A DNA stretch of 64,000 bases, from positions 32,453-96,452 of IMG/VR virus record IMGVR_UViG_3300022868_000014. The stretch is one strand, 5' to 3'. The notes below the pieces were generated by a model. That model did no database searches. It was not told the origin of the DNA and saw only the letters and a list, made by a program, of their open reading frames with translations. The translations under genes were made by a program, and so were the position numbers. This document shows, in pieces, positions 56,767-64,000 of this stretch. Source of the DNA: a virus. Every line of letters starts with the position of its first letter. Within the stretch, counting starts at the first letter, position 1.

Positions 56767-57438
56767 ATGAACAGAGTATATTCAATCTTAACTAAAGGGC
56801 AGAATAAAGATGCTCAAGGATACCAACGAAAGGTAGATACCACTGTAGGTTATAGCGGACTGGAAAGTGTTGCTGATATCCTGGTAACGGATAGTACTGA
56901 CAACTCCTACTACAACTACCAAGCAGATCAATTAGTCCAGGTATGCCGTAAATCGCTTTTAAAGGCCTCTCTCGCTGCAGTTGATCCTTTAAACACCTAC
57001 GAGTATACCTTCGGTGTTGTTGAGCCCTCCACGTTAATAGGAGCGCTCCCCGCTGGAGTGGCGTTGGATCTACTGGAACCGGACATGCGCCATACATGGA
57101 CATATCAGTCCTTGGTTATAGTGGTTAACCCCTCAGGGTTGGTTACTGTTAATGGTCTGCCACAGACCTTTACAGTGGCTGAGGGACTAACAACAGCTAT
57201 TATATTGGCCGATGGACTTTCCATGAAACTCAGAGGAACGCTTCCTGCTGCATCATTCAGCACCATTGTAACAGTGGTTAGACAACCGACAAGAGACCTT
57301 AAACCTGTTATAACTGCTTTAAAAGAATTCGACACTAAATGGCTACCAAAATACTCTGACTATAGACATAGTTATGATGTTAATGATTGGTTAGCCGCAT
57401 TCATTCTAAACTATTGCGAGACTGTAGATGGATCTTGA
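56767..57438 (+). CDS. putative baseplate protein
   Basis: AAGGA RBS before ATG 56767; gene order. Confidence 0.45.
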   Translation: MNRVYSILTKGQNKDAQGYQRKVDTTVGYSGLESVADILVTDSTDNSYYNYQADQLVQVCRKSLLKASLAAVDPLNTYEYTFGVVEPSTLIGALPAGVALDLLEPDMRHTWTYQSLVIVVNPSGLVTVNGLPQTFTVAEGLTTAIILADGLSMKLRGTLPAASFSTIVTVVRQPTRDLKPVITALKEFDTKWLPKYSDYRHSYDVNDWLAAFILNYCETVDGS

Positions 57439-59026
57439 TTCAGTAATTATTAATAGCTTAACTATGAGTGGTGCCGGTAAGACATACGACATTACCGACT
57501 TCTCAGCAAGCTGGGCAATTGACAGGGTACCACAGGCCAGATGCCGTGTGATCACAGGTCAAGGGGTCCTTGGCTCCACTAAGAACGTGGAGTGGGAAGA
57601 TCCCGATCCTGGTAAGCTGTGGACTATCAAGGTAAAGACAAGTGACGGCACAGAGACGCTCTTTAAAGGTTATATACTATCCGTAGCAGAGTCTGAAAGG
57701 TTATCACCAATGGGTAGTAAGGTCTCTTTATTGGTAACACTAGGAGCTGAGGCAGTTGTGCTATCCTCATTACAGTCAGCATCTTATTCCTACTGGGACC
57801 TGGAAGCCCTGGACACACAAGAGTCGAGTACACGTCAAAGACCCGTCATCAACTCGCGGTATCGCGCGCTGGCGATGAGTCTTGCTTCGATTATGGATGA
57901 ACCTGAGACTCGTAAAGATGTACAGGCGTTAACAGGGTATGGTGAGGTGAAATCCTATGATGCTCTTAATAAGTATATCATAAGCATGGCTGCTTATATG
58001 CATGACTGGGTAACTCTTGGTGAAGGCACATACAAAATATCGGATTTCTTCAAAGCTGATAGGGATATCGCATTCAAACCAGAGGACTCTGGTTTTTCCA
58101 AGACTGATAACTTCAACGCTCTTATTACCACATCCATGGGTTTAGCCTATCAAAAGATGTGGCAGTCTGGCAGTGTATGGTCTGCGGTTGTAGGGACAGC
58201 TCGTATGTTTTACTTATCAGTGATACCCCGTAAGAATAATACAGTAGAGATCGTACCTACCTTTGCATGGCTAAAGAAACCACACATAACTATCAGTAAT
58301 AGTCTTATATTAGGTGTCCAGGATACAACTAACAAAAGTAAACTCCTATACGCACCAGATCAGGTTAGGGTTGTGTCTCATCTACCAATGAACAGTAATG
58401 GTGCGAAAGCCAGTTCAGCCGGTATGTATGTGGGGTTATACCCAGAGGAACAGGGTGCAGATAAAGGTAAGACCGTATCTATGAGTATCCCTGATTGGTT
58501 GGCTGAGCATGTTAAATCTGAATTTGATGATGTACCTGCTGATAAGAAGACAAGGGTTAAAAGCGGAGAAAAGCCTGATGAGAAGAGGGACGAGCTCTCA
58601 ACTAACCAGCGTAACCTAGAGAGTACAGCCGACAGCTTAGCCAAAGTATTTTATGCCCAGAGAAAGAGTGCAGACCGTACAGTGTCCCTTAGGATACCAT
58701 GGAATAGATTCTCTATGATAAACTCTCTTGGTTATGTGGCTAAGATACCTAATCTATCCTTATACATTACCAGTGACAAACAAACACTATACGGAATGGT
58801 ACAATCAGTCGGCTTGACCATAAGCAGATCAGCAACAGGAGGTACAGCTTCTATGAATATTAATATATCTCACGTGCGTGATGAGGCTTCAAATACAAAA
58901 TTTGGGCTTGATGATAACCCTCTATACTCTTTTGACTTTGCATCAGGTGCATCAAAAATAAAGTCAGCAGTTGGACTTGGGGGCGGTAGTGGAGTAAGTT
59001 TAGGAGATAGACTTAAGCCCGGCTGA
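57428..59026 (+). CDS. putative baseplate hub protein
   Basis: 532 aa; hub-like N-terminus (ITDFSASW...LFKGYI); gene order. Confidence 0.5.
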   Translation: MDLDSVIINSLTMSGAGKTYDITDFSASWAIDRVPQARCRVITGQGVLGSTKNVEWEDPDPGKLWTIKVKTSDGTETLFKGYILSVAESERLSPMGSKVSLLVTLGAEAVVLSSLQSASYSYWDLEALDTQESSTRQRPVINSRYRALAMSLASIMDEPETRKDVQALTGYGEVKSYDALNKYIISMAAYMHDWVTLGEGTYKISDFFKADRDIAFKPEDSGFSKTDNFNALITTSMGLAYQKMWQSGSVWSAVVGTARMFYLSVIPRKNNTVEIVPTFAWLKKPHITISNSLILGVQDTTNKSKLLYAPDQVRVVSHLPMNSNGAKASSAGMYVGLYPEEQGADKGKTVSMSIPDWLAEHVKSEFDDVPADKKTRVKSGEKPDEKRDELSTNQRNLESTADSLAKVFYAQRKSADRTVSLRIPWNRFSMINSLGYVAKIPNLSLYITSDKQTLYGMVQSVGLTISRSATGGTASMNINISHVRDEASNTKFGLDDNPLYSFDFASGASKIKSAVGLGGGSGVSLGDRLKPG

Positions 59027-59143
59027 GGGACAGATAGCAGCGATGATTTCCCATCTTTATACGGTGGGGAAGGTACAACAGGTGCAACAACCTCGGCTGG
59101 TGATTCCTATGGCGGATTCGCAGATTAATAAAGGAAAAGCATA

Positions 59144-59905
59144 ATGGCCAAACTAAAAGCAAATGATATGTGGATGAAGGGCACTCCGAAGGAGCTTAAC
59201 AATGCTCAGCGTGATACACCCACTACCCATGCATATGATAACTGGAAGAAGGAGCCTAACCCATTAAATGTTAAGGCCGTGCTCACAGAGCTTAAACCTA
59301 CCATAGAATCTGCTCTAACATCTTATGCCCCAGAAGATAAGGATATTCTACGCACAAGAGCCAATATAATGGCAGTAAACGCCATCAATATGTATGATCC
59401 TACTCAACGTACTAAACTAAGCTCATATGTATTTAATCATCTGAAAGGACTGAACAGGGAGAAAGCCCGTCGTAAGAATGTTGTACATGTCCCTGAGAAC
59501 ATACTACTTGAGCGTAACAAAATACAAAAGGCTACCGATTCCTTCCAATCTGAGTACGGAAGGGAACCTACCTTGGACGAATTAGCCGACGACACAGGTC
59601 TCTCTATTAAACGTATTGAATATGCATCGAAGAAGAAAGCAGCACGTAGTGGTTCACAATTACTATCTGAGAAGGGTGATTCACTCTTTACTAAAGCAGA
59701 GGATCCTCAACGTGTATGGGCTGACTATGTCTACCATGACTTAGACGGGCCAGATAAGAAGATATTTGAATGGAGTACAGGCTACGGTGGCACAGATAAG
59801 ATTCAGAAAATGGACATAGCTAAGAGGCTCAACATCAGCCCGGCAGCTGTTAGTCGTCGTATTAACAAAATAGTCTATCTATTGGAGCAAGGATACAATG
59901 TCTGA
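59144..59905 (+). CDS. sigma70-family RNA polymerase sigma factor (group 3-like)
   Basis: Region 2 (AINMYDP..TKLSSYV), region 3 (VHVP...YGREPTLDELADDTG), region 4 HTH (DIAKRLNISPAAVSRR). Confidence 0.85.
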   Translation: MAKLKANDMWMKGTPKELNNAQRDTPTTHAYDNWKKEPNPLNVKAVLTELKPTIESALTSYAPEDKDILRTRANIMAVNAINMYDPTQRTKLSSYVFNHLKGLNREKARRKNVVHVPENILLERNKIQKATDSFQSEYGREPTLDELADDTGLSIKRIEYASKKKAARSGSQLLSEKGDSLFTKAEDPQRVWADYVYHDLDGPDKKIFEWSTGYGGTDKIQKMDIAKRLNISPAAVSRRINKIVYLLEQGYNV

Positions 59906-60266
59906 TAAACCTAATGAAATATATGATAATATAAAAGAGACCCTAGAGAATCGTCGTGATATCCTTAAAGGTGAGGGTGAAGATTATGCCTTCAAACCCA
60001 TAGAGATACTCACAGACCCTGAGCTGGCTAACGAAGATGCACAGGCAGTCATCAATGAGGTCCTCAATGAAGAAGAGGTAAACATTGCAGACGTACTAGT
60101 AGGCTATAAGGTAGCTAATGGTATATGTGGTATAGCTCGGGATAACCTAGCATTAAGCGCTAGTCGTATAGCCAATATCGTAGGCTACTTAAATGAAATT
60201 AATCTAGATATAGAAGATGACCGATTAGGGGCAGCTATCCCTGGTTACGAAGCAAAAGAGGAATAA
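59898..60266 (+). CDS. acidic hypothetical protein
   Basis: 8-nt overlap with the sigma gene; AAGGA RBS. Confidence 0.6.
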   Translation: MSDKPNEIYDNIKETLENRRDILKGEGEDYAFKPIEILTDPELANEDAQAVINEVLNEEEVNIADVLVGYKVANGICGIARDNLALSASRIANIVGYLNEINLDIEDDRLGAAIPGYEAKEE

Positions 60267-60267
60267 C

Positions 60268-60690
60268 ATGACAGTTGACTTATCATTCACAACCAATACG
60301 ACCGAGGTTATCGAGGTACCTTTTACAATAGACGGAAGTTGCACAGGGCGGCAAGTCCTTATGCAGAAGGTACTTATATTTATGTTGACCAGTACAGATG
60401 ACCTTCTTAGAGCAGAGGGTGGCAGGTTGTATGATAACCTCAGAAGTGCTAATGTAACTGAAGATAGTTTAGAAAGAATTGAAAATATTATTAATATCGC
60501 TATTACAGACACCGTGGGGTTCATAAAAGAAGTCCAGGACGAGTTACCTGATGTACCAGATAACGAGCGTCTTAGCAGTATAGCTTTGAAGGAACTTTCT
60601 GTGCCAGAAGCAGGATCCCTTAATGTTGTATTGAATGTTATATCTGTAAGCGGCGAAGAAGAACTTACTGCATTAAACTTGGAGGTTTAA
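60268..60690 (+). CDS. putative baseplate wedge/sheath initiator (gp25-like)
   Basis: LMQKVLIFMLT...GG.L...ERL pattern; precedes a baseplate J-like gene. Confidence 0.55.
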   Translation: MTVDLSFTTNTTEVIEVPFTIDGSCTGRQVLMQKVLIFMLTSTDDLLRAEGGRLYDNLRSANVTEDSLERIENIINIAITDTVGFIKEVQDELPDVPDNERLSSIALKELSVPEAGSLNVVLNVISVSGEEELTALNLEV

Positions 60691-60691
60691 T

Positions 60692-62284
60692 ATGGCTGTA
60701 ACATTTGATGATGTCAGCACAGACCTGCTTAAAGATTATGAAGAAATATTAAAGGCATATTACCTAGAATTAAATCCTACTGCGGATGTATCTAATGGTA
60801 GTGCTATTCATGAACTAGTGATCAGACCTGCTGCTGCTATTTACGCACGTAATGAGGTAGCATTAGAAGACCTAAGGACACAATATTCCCTTAACCTACT
60901 GAGCGCTACTGATGATCCTGACGAAACGCTGGCCACCAACCTGGCTGCTAACTTTAAAGTCGTACGGAAAGACGGAACTCCGGGTACAGGTACCCTAGCT
61001 GTCTATACTAACCAGACTAATGATATATACCTGAACTCAGGTACAACTGTGACTGCTGGTGCTGTAGAGCTTGAGCTGACTAAGACCTATGTAGGTGTTG
61101 CAGACGACTCAGATCGTACGGACACAGATACGGTTAAGTACAGACAGTTCGTAAAGACAGGCGACACCGAATATGCATTCCTAGTACCTGTTAATACTGT
61201 AGATAATACAGCAGCTGTCGTAGAGGAAGGCGCAACAGCCACACTTACTGGCCAGAACACACAGGTAACAAGATTAGAGGTAGCATCAGCTGTAAGCGGA
61301 GGCTCCGCTGAGGAGACTACAACTGAGCTGGTTGATCGCGTTATCAACGGTATAACAGCTAAAGTACCTTCAGGTAAAGCACATATCCAAGCCCTCTTTG
61401 AGGAACAGGATGAGATCAACGTAAGAGACCTTGCCATCTTCGGCATGGGTGATCCTGAGATGCTCAGGGATAAGAACAACGTCTTCCTAATAAGCACAGG
61501 CTCCAGAGTAGATATCTATTGTAAGACAGCACAGCTGCCTGCTACACTGGTAGTACAGAAGACAGCCACCTCAACTGATGGTATAAACTGGTCTATGTTC
61601 TTTGAACGTGACGAGGCCCCCGGTTGGTATTACATATCAAAGGTGTCTCACGTAGGCAACGCAAGAGTAATAACAGATTCAGCTGAGTTTGATATCACCT
61701 TCCTTTATCAGCAGGAAGATGATGGCCCTGAAGTATTCAGTGGACTCACAGCGCGTTACAGCCCCTATCAGACCGCAAAAGTAGATTTTAGCTACGTGGG
61801 CGCAGGATCGACCTCCGCCGTTTTCAATGTATCCCTGGTTTACATGCCCCAACTAGAAGGACTACAGGAGCTGATCAATGCGCCTAGTATCCGTAACAAG
61901 CAACAAGACAATCTGGTCAAGGGAGCTGTACCAGCATATGTTGGTATGGATCTAACCTTGAACTGCCTAAACGATTGCTCAGGTATTGACCTATCTGTCC
62001 TTAAAGATTTTATAGCAGCCTACATCAATGAGCTGCCTATGGGCCGTGGCTTCCTAAGCGTGTCCGATCTGGCTGTTGTTATCAACGCCAATTATTCTAA
62101 CCTAACTCTGAGCTTCCCCTCGAAGCTTAGTTTGACTAATTATATGCCCGACGGATCTGTTTACCAGGAAGAGACACAAGAAGGTGTTCTGAATATGCAT
62201 GAAGACCTCACTCAGAGCGTCTCTGCGGAGAATACATCCTTCTTCTGTAGGCCTGGAGATATTTACATAACCATTGAGGATTAG
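60692..62284 (+). CDS. baseplate J/gp6-like wedge protein
   Basis: GSAIHELVIRP, RKDG..GTG, SGGSAEETTTELVDR, GMGDPEMLRD, VDIY. Confidence 0.7.
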   Translation: MAVTFDDVSTDLLKDYEEILKAYYLELNPTADVSNGSAIHELVIRPAAAIYARNEVALEDLRTQYSLNLLSATDDPDETLATNLAANFKVVRKDGTPGTGTLAVYTNQTNDIYLNSGTTVTAGAVELELTKTYVGVADDSDRTDTDTVKYRQFVKTGDTEYAFLVPVNTVDNTAAVVEEGATATLTGQNTQVTRLEVASAVSGGSAEETTTELVDRVINGITAKVPSGKAHIQALFEEQDEINVRDLAIFGMGDPEMLRDKNNVFLISTGSRVDIYCKTAQLPATLVVQKTATSTDGINWSMFFERDEAPGWYYISKVSHVGNARVITDSAEFDITFLYQQEDDGPEVFSGLTARYSPYQTAKVDFSYVGAGSTSAVFNVSLVYMPQLEGLQELINAPSIRNKQQDNLVKGAVPAYVGMDLTLNCLNDCSGIDLSVLKDFIAAYINELPMGRGFLSVSDLAVVINANYSNLTLSFPSKLSLTNYMPDGSVYQEETQEGVLNMHEDLTQSVSAENTSFFCRPGDIYITIED

Positions 62285-62285
62285 T

Positions 62286-64000
62286 ATGGAAAAGACGGTT
62301 AATGGAATCAAACAAGTCCTGGGGGCTTTCTGGCTTACTATCTGGAAAGACCCTGATTTTATTGATGCCCTGACTAATGGTTATGCACAGGACGCTACAC
62401 AGCTTGAACTTGAAACTGATACCATGTCTGATGTCCTTAGTAGATATGATGTGCGATTGACTAAGGCGCGTAGATGGGACTTCTTCGAATTCAAAGAAAC
62501 AGACCTTAACTCTGAGCTGACCGCTGTTGGTGAGTTTGCAGTTGGTGATGGTTTCCGGGTAGGTGAAGACCAGACAGCTCCTAATCTATTCTACATAGAG
62601 ACGGACAAAGAGGATTGCATATTCATTACAGATAACCCCACTAATCCCACTATCATATGGAACAAGTGGCAGGACTTCTACTTTGATGATGGTAAGCTCT
62701 ACTTCTATGAGGATCCTTTTAATAAGGCCTTTAACTTCATTGCTAACGATAACGAGGGTGAGGTAGATCTAAAGGCCCAGCTCTGGTTAGTATACAGTGA
62801 AATAAGTACAACTGAATTAAAAGACTTCTTTACCGTTTATCTAAATCTTACGTTCCCCTCTGAGCCTCATTACAGGGACCTCTTCAATAGTATATGGGAT
62901 CTTTTAGTAGAGGGCGGCACAGTACAGAATATGAATGCCTTCCTTGCACGTATGGCCGATGCGGACGTCGCGCTGGCAGATGAAGATGTCCTTGATATGT
63001 GGTCTGAAAATGATCGTTGGTACATTAAAACAGCAACTAATTTATATAGCTGTGCCCAACCTGGTGTACCTATTGTACAAGTAGGCGCTACCTTGATAAA
63101 AGGGCAGATGCTCTTTGACTCTGTCGAGCTAGTTATATTGGACGAGAACACAGCAGCCACAGAGGTACCCGCGCTACATCTTGGTGCAGGCTACCTTAAT
63201 CCTAAATATGAAGGTGGGCTACTCTTCGAGAACACAGATCATGACGTACCTTTGAATTATGTACAGATAGATGGTACAGCCATACAGTATGACCCAGCAG
63301 GTAATCCTGTACTCCCTGCATCTGCTTGTGAGGGCACCACCTATGATGAGAATCTACATGACAATAGAATCGTACGTATGCCTGACATTCCTTTAGGAGG
63401 GCACGCAAATACAGTTGCCACCTACTTTGAAGACATCAGTACAAAGGCCTGGGAACTAGGCGTTGATGTATGGAACCTTATACCCACTAAAGCAAGCAAT
63501 ACGGTCAACCTAGGAGATAGTGAACTGTGGTATGAGCCCGGCTCTAGTTGGTTTATAGGGGCCCGTAATGATAGTATTAAATGGTACAAAACATCAGTTA
63601 GCAGTACCGACCCCATGCATCTATCTGGTGCAGCATGGACTACCCTTGTAGGGGGCTTACCTCCAGCACCTACTACAGCGTTTGATGGTATAGACGAGGT
63701 GGTGATAGTATCAGGTGCCGGTCGACCAGAAGCTAATGGTCTTTTCTATACTACCGGCTCTTATCAAGATGCTCCTATTTTTACTAAATGGCAAGAGAGC
63801 AGCAGTAGTTCTAGCAGTTCAAGCAGCTCAAGCAGCTCAAGCAGCTCAAGCAGTTCAAGCAGCTCTAGCAGCTCTAGCAGCTCAAGTTCTAGCAGCTCTA
63901 GCAGCTCAAGTTCTAGCAGCTCAAGTTCTAGCAGTTCTAGCAGCTCAAGTTCTAGCAGCTCTAGCAGTTTGGGCATAACAAGTTCAAGTAGCAGCTCTAG
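62286..64000 (+). CDS. baseplate wedge/tail protein with poly-Ser tract (3'-truncated by window edge)
   Basis: GAGG RBS; MEKTVNGIKQVLGAFW...; frame open to the window end, so it is missing from the ORF track. Confidence 0.7.
   Translation, partial: MEKTVNGIKQVLGAFWLTIWKDPDFIDALTNGYAQDATQLELETDTMSDVLSRYDVRLTKARRWDFFEFKETDLNSELTAVGEFAVGDGFRVGEDQTAPNLFYIETDKEDCIFITDNPTNPTIIWNKWQDFYFDDGKLYFYEDPFNKAFNFIANDNEGEVDLKAQLWLVYSEISTTELKDFFTVYLNLTFPSEPHYRDLFNSIWDLLVEGGTVQNMNAFLARMADADVALADEDVLDMWSENDRWYIKTATNLYSCAQPGVPIVQVGATLIKGQMLFDSVELVILDENTAATEVPALHLGAGYLNPKYEGGLLFENTDHDVPLNYVQIDGTAIQYDPAGNPVLPASACEGTTYDENLHDNRIVRMPDIPLGGHANTVATYFEDISTKAWELGVDVWNLIPTKASNTVNLGDSELWYEPGSSWFIGARNDSIKWYKTSVSSTDPMHLSGAAWTTLVGGLPPAPTTAFDGIDEVVIVSGAGRPEANGLFYTTGSYQDAPIFTKWQESSSSSSSSSSSSSSSSSSSSSSSSSSSSSSSSSSSSSSSSSSSSSSSSSSSSSSSSSLGITSSSSSS
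63798..63968 (+). repeat. 57 consecutive Ser codons
   Basis: AGC/AGT/TCA/TCT codons in 9-15-nt recurring units, in the frame of ORF 62286. Confidence 0.9.

Noticed and set aside
63715-63978. ORFs encoding (AAQ/VLAAL)n on + and (LEL)n on -
   Set aside because: They are alternative-frame readings of the poly-Ser tract of the long ORF that starts at 62286.
44428-64000. Extracellular contractile injection system or tailocin
   Set aside because: A full head module, neck genes and tRNAs are on the same contig, which indicates a phage.
1-64000. Genome-wide stop-codon reassignment
   Set aside because: Genes tile densely under the standard code; TAA, TAG and TGA all end genes at junctions; no suppressor tRNA was seen.

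Overview
This window is part of the genome of a large contractile-tailed (myovirus-like) dsDNA bacteriophage. All convincing genes are on the + strand. In order: portal (5'-truncated); a block of probable internal-head proteins; a phage multisubunit RNA polymerase encoded as a beta/beta'-N fusion plus a separate beta'-C gene, carrying 3 LAGLIDADG inteins; an intein-containing prohead protease; scaffold, decoration and major capsid genes; an HNH gene; an accessory region with 12 CCA-ending tRNAs and small ORFs; a glycosyltransferase/methyltransferase/cupin cluster; a second decoration gene; a possible lysis cassette; and the neck, sheath, tube, spike, frameshifting chaperone, tape measure and baseplate genes, with a sigma70-family gene inside the baseplate block. 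The most unusual observations are: (1) two mini-genes that re-encode adjacent segments of the phage's own major capsid protein (possible decoys); (2) poly-serine tracts in four virion proteins next to a glycosylation cluster (possible virion glycan-coating system); (3) a pervasive hydrophobic-x-K-x-A motif in head proteins and the RNAP (possible maturation-protease signal); (4) a stripped-down RNAP lacking the beta' zinc finger and flap-tip helix; (5) a 16-bp palindrome present three times; (6) a structured RNA with an anti-Shine-Dalgarno loop. All calls come from motif recognition by eye and gene order; no database search was run.
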